Positions 10,089-19,572 of a stretch of 64,000 nt of DNA are shown piece by piece. Made by a program: the position numbers and the translations under genes. Position 1 is the stretch's first letter, and every line of letters starts with the position of its first letter. The notes beneath the pieces are model-generated. The model made no database searches, was not told the DNA's origin, and saw only the letters and a program-made list of their open reading frames with translations. This DNA is from an uncultured Gammaproteobacteria bacterium (GTDB taxonomy: Bacteria; Patescibacteriota; Patescibacteriia; UBA1558; 2-01-FULL-52-15). The stretch covers positions 11,728-75,727 of the forward strand of contig CAYRBH010000001.1 of NCBI GenBank assembly GCA_964422585.1, written 5' to 3'.

Positions 10089-11121
10089 ACTTACTATCAG
10101 TCTCGTGACCTATAACAGCGAAAAGTATGTTCGCGATTTTTGTGATAGTTTACGGGAACAGACCTTCCATGATTGGGAGTTGATTGTTATCGATAATGCA
10201 TCGTATGACCATTCGGCATCCGTCGTCACTGAGTGTATGCCGCATGCGAAGGTCATCAAGCAGAAAGAGAACCTTGGCTTTTCGAAAGCGCATAACTTGG
10301 CGATCGCTTGGTCAAAATCAGACTATGTGCTCGTGGTGAATCCTGATTTTATTTTTGAACCACAGTGCCTCGAGCGGCTGATCTCCTATGCTGATAGCAA
10401 TTTGAGTATCGGAGCGGTCGGGCCGAAACTACTTTCCTGGGACCATGACGCCTATGCTCCGAACGGACTCATTGATAGTTGCGGGATCCTTATGTCAGGG
10501 CCATATCGTTCATCAGACTATTTACAAAGCCAACCTGATCAGGCGATCATGACGCAACGGGTATTTGGTTTGAGTGGCGCTTGCGTCATGTATCGTCGCT
10601 CCGCTATTGAAGACGTGAAACTGCCTCGCTTCGGATCGGCCGGCTTTGAATATTTTGATGAAGATTTTTTTCTCTACAAAGAAGATGTAGATATAGCGTG
10701 GCGTTTGAATCTGGCTGGTTTCGAGCAGTATATAGTAGCTGCTGCCGTGGCCTATCATCAGCGCGGCGTGAAAGAGGTTTCGAGCTCAAAGCAGTCGACC
10801 AGCGCATTCTCCTACCTTGGGCAACTTGCGGCCGCGACGCGCGCCGACCGTAAGAAGCGTTCGGCCTTGAATCGTTTTTCCTACCGCAACCACGCATTGA
10901 TGGTCTATAAAAATCAGAAGTGGAACATGACCCTGCCTCGGATATTCTCTATACTATGGTTCGAGGGAGGAAAATTCGTCTACCTACTCTTCCTTGATGG
11001 ATCAAGCCTTCGTGGGTGTATGGAGTTCATCAGGCTGCTTCCTAAGTTTCAGAAGAAACGAGCTTTAGTGCAACAGAATACCCGTATAGCCACGCGAGAA
11101 TTGGCATCGCTGTTCCACTAA
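10081..11121 (+). CDS. Glycosyltransferase family 2
   Basis: ISLVTYN...IDNAS...NLGFSKAHN...NPD...FDEDFFLYKEDVDIAWR. Confidence 0.92.
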   Translation: MPKLTISLVTYNSEKYVRDFCDSLREQTFHDWELIVIDNASYDHSASVVTECMPHAKVIKQKENLGFSKAHNLAIAWSKSDYVLVVNPDFIFEPQCLERLISYADSNLSIGAVGPKLLSWDHDAYAPNGLIDSCGILMSGPYRSSDYLQSQPDQAIMTQRVFGLSGACVMYRRSAIEDVKLPRFGSAGFEYFDEDFFLYKEDVDIAWRLNLAGFEQYIVAAAVAYHQRGVKEVSSSKQSTSAFSYLGQLAAATRADRKKRSALNRFSYRNHALMVYKNQKWNMTLPRIFSILWFEGGKFVYLLFLDGSSLRGCMEFIRLLPKFQKKRALVQQNTRIATRELASLFH

Positions 11122-11124
11122 ACT

Positions 11125-11928
11125 ATGGATGTTTCAATCATCATCTTGAATTATAAGAGCAAGCTTCTCATCGCAGAGCAGCTGCGGCATTTTTTTTCAC
11201 AAGCATGCGCTATTTCGACCGAGATTATTGTCATTGATAATGACTCGGCAGACGCTATTGGTAGTATGCTCGCAGAACAGTTTCCATTAGTTCGATTCAT
11301 ACAACGACCTGACAATAGGGGCTATGCTGCAGGCAATAATGCCGGTCTGCACGCGGCGACAGGTAGGTATAGCGTTATTGTGAATCCTGATACGGTTCTG
11401 ACCGCTCGGCTCATCGAAGAACTGTATGGTTTCATGGAAGCGCATCCAAAGGCCGGTATCGCTGGTCCTATGATCAATAACCCTGATGGCAGTTTGCAAT
11501 TTTCTTGTGGGCGCTTCCCGAATCCACTACTTCCCTTTTTCAGAAGGACATTCCTTGGTTCCACGAAACAGGGTGCGCGCTGGCTCGATTGGTACTTACT
11601 CCGGGATTGGGACCATGCCGCAGCACGCCGTGTTGATTGGCTCTTTGGCTCTTGCCTGATGATTCGCATGGCTGCACTCGAGCAGGTTGGTTTTCTTGAT
11701 GAATCATTCTTTTTGTATCTTGAGGACACTGATTGGTGCCGCCGTTTCTGGGAGCAGGGATATGAAGTGTGGTATGTGCCGCAGGCGAAAGCGATACGTT
11801 TACGTGGCGGATCATCAGAGGGCAGCATCCTTTCGCTGTTGTTCAATAAAAGCACCCGGGCGCATAATATAAGTTATGTAAAGTATTTTATGAAGTACTG
11901 GGGCAAGAAGAACCCGCATATCGAATAA
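11125..11928 (+). CDS. Glycosyltransferase family 2
   Basis: SIIILNY...IDNDS...NRGYAAGNN...NPDT...DESFFLYLEDTDWC. Confidence 0.92.
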   Translation: MDVSIIILNYKSKLLIAEQLRHFFSQACAISTEIIVIDNDSADAIGSMLAEQFPLVRFIQRPDNRGYAAGNNAGLHAATGRYSVIVNPDTVLTARLIEELYGFMEAHPKAGIAGPMINNPDGSLQFSCGRFPNPLLPFFRRTFLGSTKQGARWLDWYLLRDWDHAAARRVDWLFGSCLMIRMAALEQVGFLDESFFLYLEDTDWCRRFWEQGYEVWYVPQAKAIRLRGGSSEGSILSLLFNKSTRAHNISYVKYFMKYWGKKNPHIE

Positions 11929-11931
11929 CAT

Positions 11932-12372
11932 ATGGAAGCACATGGCATAGAACTAGTTTCACGCGCTCTCATCATTCAGAACGATGCGGTCCTTGTTTGT
12001 CAGGCCAGAGGCAAGGGAGCATATTATTTTTTCCCCGGCGGGCATATTGAACACGGCGAAACAGTTCAAGAATCGTTGATCAGGGAGCTGCACGAGGAGA
12101 CTGGTCTTGATTTAACGGTTGGGCACTTCATAGGGGCTTTCGAGAATTTTTTCAGGCAGGATGGGGAGAAGCACCATGAGTATAATTTTGTTTTTACTGC
12201 TTCGTTGGGAACGACCACTGTCAGATCTCGGGAGAGTCATATCTCTTTTACCTGGATACCTCTTGGCGACTTTGCTCAGACTGAAATGCAGCCGAAGGGC
12301 TTGCATAGATGTGTCGTGCAGTGGCTTGATGACAAGGGTATTTTTTGGGATACTCAGGCTGAGAAGAAGTAG
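11932..12372 (+). CDS. NUDIX hydrolase
   Basis: Nudix box GGHIEHGETVQESLIRELHEETG. Confidence 0.95.
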   Translation: MEAHGIELVSRALIIQNDAVLVCQARGKGAYYFFPGGHIEHGETVQESLIRELHEETGLDLTVGHFIGAFENFFRQDGEKHHEYNFVFTASLGTTTVRSRESHISFTWIPLGDFAQTEMQPKGLHRCVVQWLDDKGIFWDTQAEKK

Positions 12373-12375
12373 TAT

Positions 12376-12624
12376 ATGGAAAGCATCGAAGATATATTGA
12401 AAAATCGAGGTATCAGCGCCTCAAAGAAAACAAAACCGGTGTTGCCTTGGCAAGATTTGGCTGCCCAGATCTATGAGGAGCTACGAGGCGTCGATACTGA
12501 GAAAGCATCAGTATTCATGCTCTGCAAGGCTGATTATGCCGGTGCCTATGCTGCCTTCAAGGAATGCAAGGAGCGGGATAAAAATATACTGTATTGGTTT
12601 AAGATAATGAACAAGAAGAGGTGA
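12376..12624 (+). CDS. Small hypothetical protein
   Basis: 82-aa ORF with ATG 3 nt after the NUDIX stop; no recognised motif. Confidence 0.7.
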   Translation: MESIEDILKNRGISASKKTKPVLPWQDLAAQIYEELRGVDTEKASVFMLCKADYAGAYAAFKECKERDKNILYWFKIMNKKR

Positions 12625-12666
12625 TTCCCTCTGAGCAGGGCAGGGGTGCCGGAAGTCTGTTTTTCA

Positions 12667-12695
12667 TTGATTTTTCGAAATAATTTAGGTACTAT
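12667..12695 (+). promoter_or_regulatory. Putative promoter of lysK-serS-ftsQ
   Basis: TTGATT-17 nt-TACTAT. Confidence 0.5.
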
Positions 12696-12726
12696 TGAAT
12701 GACGAGGGAAAAACCTTAGTCTTTTT

Positions 12727-14376
12727 ATGTTTTGGGGATATAAACTACGAGATACAGCGAAAGCGCGATTTGCAGCAGAGATTGCTCAGGGCAAGCCTCT
12801 GATTATTCGTGATGAGAAAACAATGTCCGGCAGAACGCATGTTGGTTCTCTGCGGGGCGTAGTTATTCATGGGGTACTGTCAGAAGTCTTAACGCAAGCA
12901 GGCATCACGAACAAGTATCTTTTTGAAATGAATGACTTTGATGTTTTGGATGCTGCCCCGACATATCTTGATCAAGAGCTCTATGCGCCCTATATTGGCA
13001 GGCTGTTGTATGAAGTGCCATCGCCGGAAGCTTCAGCTCAAAATTACGCAGAGTATTGGGTTCAAGATTTCATATCTGCCATTGAGCATACTGGATTCCA
13101 GCCAGAGTACTATCGTTCAAGCACGCTCTACCTTGGCGGTACATATAATAATGCTATTCGGTTAGCACTTGATAATGCTGACAAGATCCGCGCTATCTAT
13201 AAAGAAGTCTCTGGTTCAGACAAAGGGCCTGATTGGTTTCCGTTGCAGGTAGTTTGTGAAAAATGCCGTAAAGTAGGAACAACCAAGGTTACTGCCTGGG
13301 ATAGTAAGCTCGTGACCTATCAATGCCTCCCTGATATGGTGAAATGGGCAGCTGGCTGCGGTCATCAGGGTACTATAGATCCCTTTGACGGCAGAGCGAA
13401 GCTGCCTTGGAAAGTAGAATGGGCCGCAAAATTCATGGTGCTGGGCGTGCATATGGAAGGCGCCGGCAAGGATCACTATACCAAAGGCGGTTCGCGGGAT
13501 ATCGCGCGACGGATATTGAAAGAGGTCTTTAACTTTCCAGAGCCTATCGATATTCCCTATAACTTTTTTACCCTTGGCGGAGCAAAGATGTCGTCCTCGA
13601 AAGGCAAGGGTTCTTCAGCAAAAGAAATTGCCGATCTCTTGCCAACGCAGATGCTTCGCTTTCTCATGATGAAAGAGCCGAAGCATGAGATTGATTTCGA
13701 ACCCTATGGCGATACGATCCCGATACTCTATGATCACTATGATAAGATAGCGGGCGAGTATTTCACTAAGGCCGAGAGCGAGTGGTCCCAGGTCTTCCCG
13801 TTATTTCATCCGGCATCGAAGCGGACTAACCTTGTGCAGGGATTTTTGCCACGTTTCTCGCAGATAGCATATTTGGTGCAGATGCCGCACATCGATCTTG
13901 CTGATAAAGTCGCTTTGATGAAAGGCTCCGCATTGAATGAAGCTGATACGACTGAGTATCAAGAGCGCGCTACCTACGCGAAACAGTGGCTCGCGAAGTA
14001 TAGTCCTGAGAAGTATAAGTTCGATGTGCAAGAGAGTGTCCCTGATGACAGTATGAAGTTTAGTACATTGCAGAAAGAGGCCTTGCGGCAGATCTATGCC
14101 TATATCCTCGAGAACGAAAATCTTATAGGAGAGCGGCTGCATACGCAAATACATGATATTAAAAAAACATTGAATATTCCTCCGGCAGATCTCTTCTCCG
14201 CATTGTATATCAGTTTCTTAGGTAAAGATTCTGGCCCGCAGGCAGGCTGGTTTTTATCAGCGCTGGATAGGGATTTCGTGCTTCGCAGGCTCGCAGAGGT
14301 TACTCACATTGTTGATGATGCTTCACAGCCCTCGAATGATCCTGAGGGATCTGATCAGAGCGGCGCTTCTAACTAA
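12727..14376 (+). CDS. lysK: Class I lysyl-tRNA synthetase
   Basis: SGRTHVGS (HIGH-like), KLPWKVEWAAK, EGAGKDH, KMSSSKG and C-terminal GKDSGPQAG. Confidence 0.95.
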   Translation: MFWGYKLRDTAKARFAAEIAQGKPLIIRDEKTMSGRTHVGSLRGVVIHGVLSEVLTQAGITNKYLFEMNDFDVLDAAPTYLDQELYAPYIGRLLYEVPSPEASAQNYAEYWVQDFISAIEHTGFQPEYYRSSTLYLGGTYNNAIRLALDNADKIRAIYKEVSGSDKGPDWFPLQVVCEKCRKVGTTKVTAWDSKLVTYQCLPDMVKWAAGCGHQGTIDPFDGRAKLPWKVEWAAKFMVLGVHMEGAGKDHYTKGGSRDIARRILKEVFNFPEPIDIPYNFFTLGGAKMSSSKGKGSSAKEIADLLPTQMLRFLMMKEPKHEIDFEPYGDTIPILYDHYDKIAGEYFTKAESEWSQVFPLFHPASKRTNLVQGFLPRFSQIAYLVQMPHIDLADKVALMKGSALNEADTTEYQERATYAKQWLAKYSPEKYKFDVQESVPDDSMKFSTLQKEALRQIYAYILENENLIGERLHTQIHDIKKTLNIPPADLFSALYISFLGKDSGPQAGWFLSALDRDFVLRRLAEVTHIVDDASQPSNDPEGSDQSGASN

Positions 14377-14389
14377 GTAAACAAATACT

Positions 14390-15655
14390 ATGCTCGATAT
14401 CGGCTATATTATAAAAAATGAGAAAAAGGTTCGCAAAGCTATAGTAGATAAACGTGTGAAACTTGACCTCGACGAGCTGCTGAAGGCTGACATCGAACGC
14501 AAGAAGGCGCTCCAAGAAGTTGAGATGCTTCAGAAGCAGCGTAATGAGAATACCGCCGTGATACAACAAGCTGGCGGCAAGCCGGATGCTCGATTGATAG
14601 CTGAGGGCAAATCCCTCAAGGAAAAAATCACCGAGACAGAGCCTCGCTTGAAAGCAGCAGAAGAGCGGTATCGTGCATTGATGCTCTTGGTGCCGAATAT
14701 CCCATCGGAAGATACGCCGATCGGCGCCGATGACTCTGGCAATACAGAAGTACGGACCTGGGGTAAGCCACGCAGCTTCGATTTCCCGATGCGGGACCAT
14801 ATGCAGCTTGGCGAAGACTTGGATCTGATCGATACGGAACGCGGAGTGAAAGTGGCAGGCTTCAGGGGTTATTTCTTGAAGAATGAGCTGGTCATGCTGC
14901 AGTGGGCGCTTTTCACCCATTGTCTGAATAAAATGCAGCAGAAAGGCTTTCAGATACTCCTGACGCCCACTATGGTCAAGGAGTTCACGCTTATAGGTTC
15001 TGGGCATTTCCCAGCTGGCCGAGAAGAAATCTATACCGTGGACGATCGATTCCTAGTTGGAACCAGTGAAGCCGCGTCCCTTGCCTATCGCGCTGAAGAG
15101 TTGGTTGATATGGGCGAGTTTCCTCTCAAGTATTGTGCGGTATCTCCCTGCTATCGTCGTGAGATCGGCAGCTATGGTAAAGATACGAAAGGGCTGTATC
15201 GCGTCCATGAATTCTGGAAAGTAGAACAGGTGGTCATTTGTCAGAATGATCTGGAGGTCTCAATGAAACTGTTCAATGAAATGCTTGGCATCGCTGAGGA
15301 GCTTTTACAAGAGTTGGCCTTGCCGTATCGTGTCCTGAGCATTTGTACCGGCGATATGGGCGCTGGTAAATACAAAATGTATGATATTGAGACGTGGATG
15401 CCGTCACGCAATGCGTATGGTGAAACGCATAGCTGTTCACATCTCACTGACTGGCAGGCTCGTCGTGTAAATATGCGCTACAAAGATGCGGCTGGCCACA
15501 CCCAGTATCCGCATACCATGAATAATACCGTTATCGCAAGCCCTCGTATCCTCATAGCACTCCTGGAGAATTATCAGAATGCTGATGGCAGCGTCACCAT
15601 TCCCAAAGTGTTACAGCCGCTTATGGGTGGGATGACTATTATAGCCAAGCGGTAA
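14390..15655 (+). CDS. serS: Seryl-tRNA synthetase
   Basis: MLDI start, N-terminal coiled coil, LVGTSE, GLYRVHEFWKVE, YDIETWMP, LLENYQ. Confidence 0.97.
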   Translation: MLDIGYIIKNEKKVRKAIVDKRVKLDLDELLKADIERKKALQEVEMLQKQRNENTAVIQQAGGKPDARLIAEGKSLKEKITETEPRLKAAEERYRALMLLVPNIPSEDTPIGADDSGNTEVRTWGKPRSFDFPMRDHMQLGEDLDLIDTERGVKVAGFRGYFLKNELVMLQWALFTHCLNKMQQKGFQILLTPTMVKEFTLIGSGHFPAGREEIYTVDDRFLVGTSEAASLAYRAEELVDMGEFPLKYCAVSPCYRREIGSYGKDTKGLYRVHEFWKVEQVVICQNDLEVSMKLFNEMLGIAEELLQELALPYRVLSICTGDMGAGKYKMYDIETWMPSRNAYGETHSCSHLTDWQARRVNMRYKDAAGHTQYPHTMNNTVIASPRILIALLENYQNADGSVTIPKVLQPLMGGMTIIAKR

Positions 15656-15671
15656 CTCGATATTCGTTGCT

Positions 15672-16538
15672 ATGGAGCACCGCATTCCCCGAATCAATCG
15701 TAAGCTCTACCAAACGCCGCGCGCGCGTTTCACTGCTGGACAGGGTGGTAGGCAGCCACAGATAACTGGACGAGCAGGGTTGTATCAAGACCAATATGCT
15801 CGCAAAGACAGTGGCCGTTCATCTCGTTTCGCAAAGGTAGCTATTATAAGTATCGCCGCGCTACTGATTGTTCAGAGCATCTTCCAGGTCCCTTTTTTTA
15901 GGATTTCTGATATACAAATCGAGGGATTGAAGTATGTCCCGATTGAGCAGGTGCGTACATTCATTGATAATGAACTGCATCGTCGGAGATTCCTCATTTT
16001 CAGGAATGATAATTATTTTCTGTTCGCGAGAGCGAAGATGCAGAAACGTTTGCAGGACGCTTTTTATCTCGAAGTGCAACAGATGACCAAGAAGTTTCCG
16101 AATACCTTGATTATCAAAGTGCGCGAGCGCATTTCCGCGTTCGTGGTGCAGACGCCAGAGGGCTACTTTACGGTCGGGACCGATGGCAAGGCTATCGCTG
16201 ATGTACCCAAGCCGCAGCCCAACCAAATACTGGTAGCCGATGAACGTTCAGTACGCGATCGCAGCATCCCGCTGAGCTATCTAGAGACCGCAACGACCAT
16301 AGCAGAGGATTGGCAGCAGACTGTCGTCGGCGCAACGCTCACCGCATTTCATCTGACTGATGATGCTACCCAGGTAATTGTGTCAACTGATAAAGGATTC
16401 CAGGTATTCCTTGATCCTAAGAAGGATATTCATGCGCAATTGGCCAGACTATCGGTGTACTTGCAGGATAGGAATTTCCAAGCGCCTAAGCAGTATATCG
16501 ACTTGCGCTACGATGATAATGTCTATTTCAAAAATTAA
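15672..16538 (+). CDS. ftsQ: FtsQ/DivIB-type cell division protein
   Basis: Single TM, POTRA-like FFRISDIQIEG...KKFPNTLIIKVRER, C-terminal YIDLRY. Confidence 0.8.
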   Translation: MEHRIPRINRKLYQTPRARFTAGQGGRQPQITGRAGLYQDQYARKDSGRSSRFAKVAIISIAALLIVQSIFQVPFFRISDIQIEGLKYVPIEQVRTFIDNELHRRRFLIFRNDNYFLFARAKMQKRLQDAFYLEVQQMTKKFPNTLIIKVRERISAFVVQTPEGYFTVGTDGKAIADVPKPQPNQILVADERSVRDRSIPLSYLETATTIAEDWQQTVVGATLTAFHLTDDATQVIVSTDKGFQVFLDPKKDIHAQLARLSVYLQDRNFQAPKQYIDLRYDDNVYFKN

Positions 16539-16568
16539 TCGTTGCTTCATCATTAACAGGTATAGTAT

Positions 16569-18185
16569 ATGTTTAGATTTAAATTTCGGGCAGTAGTATT
16601 TAGCAGCAGTATGTTGCTGTGCCTCTGGTTCGCTCATGGGTCGCAAGCGTTTGCGGCGACCGATGCGACCACGACCGATCAGGGCCTTGATCAGTATCGT
16701 GGCTCATTCCTGGTAGAGGAGCAAAGTGGCACGCAGTACTATTGGTATGTCGATCCAGTCTCAGGAGAGCGCTACGCGTTCAATACGCCCACTGATTTTT
16801 CTCGTCTGTTGGAGCATGAAGGCCAACGGGTGAAGGCAAAAACATTGCGGGCATTGCCAGCGCCTGATGCTATCAAACGTCAGGTCTCGTATGACATGGT
16901 CCAGAAATTCAGAGGCGTCATTATGTTGCAAACCGACGCCGATGATAAGGCATGGTACCTCGATCCGTTGGATCTGAAGATGTACTATCTGCCGAATGGC
17001 AAGGATGGATTCGCTTTGGTGCAGGACTTGGCTTTGGATATTAGCCCAGATCGCCTCGCTAAGATCCCTTTGACCAGCGACTTCGGCTATAATGAAACAC
17101 CGAGTGACAGCATACTCCCCAATGCTACTTCTACGATCGATACCAATGTCTATGGCCAAGTATTCTCGCTGCTGCAGACGGATCATTTGTATAAAAACAC
17201 TTTCACCGCGCAAGATCTTTACTATGGATCCCTGAAGGGCATGGCGCAGGCTACGGGTGATCCCTATACCGAGTTCTACCCGCCAGATAAGAATCAGCAG
17301 CAGCATGACTACTTTACCGGAGATTCGTCCATTGAGGGGATCGGCGCCGCGCTTGATACATTGAATGGCACCGTGTATATCTCATGGCTTGTGAAAGGAG
17401 CTCCAGCAGAGGCAGTAGGCTTGAAGCCCAAAGATCAGATTGTGAGCATCAATGGCGTATCGGCAGCAGGGATCTCGGTCGATGCAGCGGTCGCCAGCAT
17501 TAAGGGTCCTGCCGGCACGAAAGTGACTTTGACGATCTATCGTCCGAGTACGGGGGTGACAAGCGATTTCGTCATTGAGCGCGCGAAGATCGTCGTGCCT
17601 GATGTTGATGGCGAATTGCTTAATAATGGGACCATCGCTTACTTCAAATTCAGTCTATTCACGGAGGAGCTGATACCGGAATTTCAGAAATTGGTGGACA
17701 GCATGATCACGCCATCCATTCAGGGTATTGTGATTGATATGCGCGATAATATTGGCGGAATCACCGACTCGGCATCGAAGCTTGCGGATTATTGGCTGAG
17801 CGATGGGCAGCGCATCTATACTGAGCGGCGACCAGGCCAGGAGATTAACTATGTCGCAAGCGCCGGTCGCGACCTGCCGAATGTTCCTACGGTCGTGCTC
17901 ACCAATGGTGAGACAGCCTCTGCAGCCGAGATCTTCACGGCCGCTCTCAAGTACTACCATGCAGCAACTGTTATTGGCACCAAGACTTTCGGTAAGGGTA
18001 TTGGTCAGAATCTCTATGACTTTGAGGATGGCTCTGGTCTGAAGCTAACGACCTTCGAGTGGCTTACTCCGGACGGCAGTAGCATCAATAAAACAGGAAT
18101 TCTGCCTGATATAGTCGTCGATCCTTCGGATAATGGTGATCCGCAGCTGGACAGGGCGGTGCAATTCATTAAGTACGGCTTCTAA
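16569..18185 (+). CDS. S41A C-terminal processing protease (PDZ) with N-terminal repeat extension
   Basis: DPYTEF, GIGA, IDMRDNIGG, TASAAEIF (catalytic Ser), TFGKG (Lys); signal peptide. Confidence 0.93.
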   Translation: MFRFKFRAVVFSSSMLLCLWFAHGSQAFAATDATTTDQGLDQYRGSFLVEEQSGTQYYWYVDPVSGERYAFNTPTDFSRLLEHEGQRVKAKTLRALPAPDAIKRQVSYDMVQKFRGVIMLQTDADDKAWYLDPLDLKMYYLPNGKDGFALVQDLALDISPDRLAKIPLTSDFGYNETPSDSILPNATSTIDTNVYGQVFSLLQTDHLYKNTFTAQDLYYGSLKGMAQATGDPYTEFYPPDKNQQQHDYFTGDSSIEGIGAALDTLNGTVYISWLVKGAPAEAVGLKPKDQIVSINGVSAAGISVDAAVASIKGPAGTKVTLTIYRPSTGVTSDFVIERAKIVVPDVDGELLNNGTIAYFKFSLFTEELIPEFQKLVDSMITPSIQGIVIDMRDNIGGITDSASKLADYWLSDGQRIYTERRPGQEINYVASAGRDLPNVPTVVLTNGETASAAEIFTAALKYYHAATVIGTKTFGKGIGQNLYDFEDGSGLKLTTFEWLTPDGSSINKTGILPDIVVDPSDNGDPQLDRAVQFIKYGF

Positions 18186-18186
18186 T

Positions 18187-19497
18187 ATGAAAGTCACCGT
18201 CATTGGCACTGGCTATGTAGGCCTGACCGTAGGCGCATGTCTCGCGGAGACGGGGCATGAGATACGGTGTGTGGACGTTGATGCTCAGAAGATAGAGAAC
18301 TTGCAGCGCGGTATTCTGCCGATCTATGAACCGGGTCTTGATGATCTAGTGCAGCGTAATGCTACAAGTGAACGCCTCCAGTTCACGACCGATATTGGGA
18401 AGAGCATTGCTTGGGCCGAGGTGGTATTCTCGGCAGTAGGAACGCCTCCTGACAAAGACTTCCGGGCTGATCTTACCGCGGTGAAACAAGTTGCTGCCTC
18501 ATTCGGTCAGTATGCGAATGGCTATAAGCTCTTCGTGAATAAATCCACAGTGCCAGTCGGAACAGGTGCTCTGTGCAAAGAGATCATTACTGCTGAGTTC
18601 AAGAAACGTGCCGTGAGCTTCAACTATGATCAGGTATCAAACCCTGAGTTTTTGCGAGAAGGAGTAGCGGTTGCTGATTGTTTGAAGCCTGACCGCATCG
18701 TGGTAGGCGCTGAGTCAGAACGGGCATTCGAACTAATGAGGAAGCTCTACCTGCCAATCATAGATAAAGGTTCCGCGTTCTTCACGACGAATATTGCAAG
18801 TGCCGAGATCATCAAGTATGCATCGAATGCTTTGCTTGCGACCAAAATATCTTTCATGAACGAGATCGCCCAGCTCTGTGAACGTGTCGGCGCTGATATC
18901 ATCGCGGTAGAGCGGGGAGTGGGGCTTGATGATCGCATCGGCAGACGTTTTTTGCATGCTGGCATCGGCTTTGGTGGTAGCTGCTTTCCGAAAGATGTGG
19001 ATGCTTTGATACTGACCGGTCGGGATAAACAGTATGAGTTCAAGATTATACAGGCTGTGCAAGAGGTGAATCGCCTGCAGAAGCATGTGCCTTTTGAGAA
19101 GTTGCAGAAGGCTATCCCTGATTTGAAGGGTACGAAGATAGCCCTTTGGGGCTTGGCGTTCAAGCCGAAAACCGATGATATGCGTGAGGCGCCTTCCCTG
19201 GTCCTTATCAAGGAGCTGCTGGGTGCTGGTGCCCTTGTTTCAGCTTTTGATCCGGTCGCGATGGAGGTTAGTAAGAAATATTATCCTGACATTGAGTATG
19301 CGCCTCATGCGCTTGATGCCGTGAAAGGCGCTGCCGCGCTGATCTTAGTGACTGAGTGGGATGAGTTCAGAAGCGTCGATTTTCGTGTCCTTGCAGGGCT
19401 TATGAGCCGAAAAGTGATCATAGATGGCAGGAATATCTGGCAGCCTGCTGAACTGCGAGCGCTAGGATTCGAGTATCATTCGATTGGCAGGCTTTAG
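18187..19497 (+). CDS. ugd: UDP-glucose 6-dehydrogenase
   Basis: MKVTVIGTGYVGL, KSTVPVGT, SNPEFLREG, GFGGSCFPKD, FKPKTDDMRE; start moved to the ATG at 18187. Confidence 0.96.
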   Translation: MKVTVIGTGYVGLTVGACLAETGHEIRCVDVDAQKIENLQRGILPIYEPGLDDLVQRNATSERLQFTTDIGKSIAWAEVVFSAVGTPPDKDFRADLTAVKQVAASFGQYANGYKLFVNKSTVPVGTGALCKEIITAEFKKRAVSFNYDQVSNPEFLREGVAVADCLKPDRIVVGAESERAFELMRKLYLPIIDKGSAFFTTNIASAEIIKYASNALLATKISFMNEIAQLCERVGADIIAVERGVGLDDRIGRRFLHAGIGFGGSCFPKDVDALILTGRDKQYEFKIIQAVQEVNRLQKHVPFEKLQKAIPDLKGTKIALWGLAFKPKTDDMREAPSLVLIKELLGAGALVSAFDPVAMEVSKKYYPDIEYAPHALDAVKGAAALILVTEWDEFRSVDFRVLAGLMSRKVIIDGRNIWQPAELRALGFEYHSIGRL

Positions 19498-19572
19498 TCT
19501 ATGTGTACAAGTGTTAGATGCGTGAAAGGCCTAGTATGCTATACTTAGTCCACTTAGTACTAATTTTTTATC

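Noticed and set aside
12727-14376. Class I LysRS as a recent archaeal transfer
   Set aside because: Class I LysRS is established in several bacterial lineages including CPR; its context next to serS looks native.
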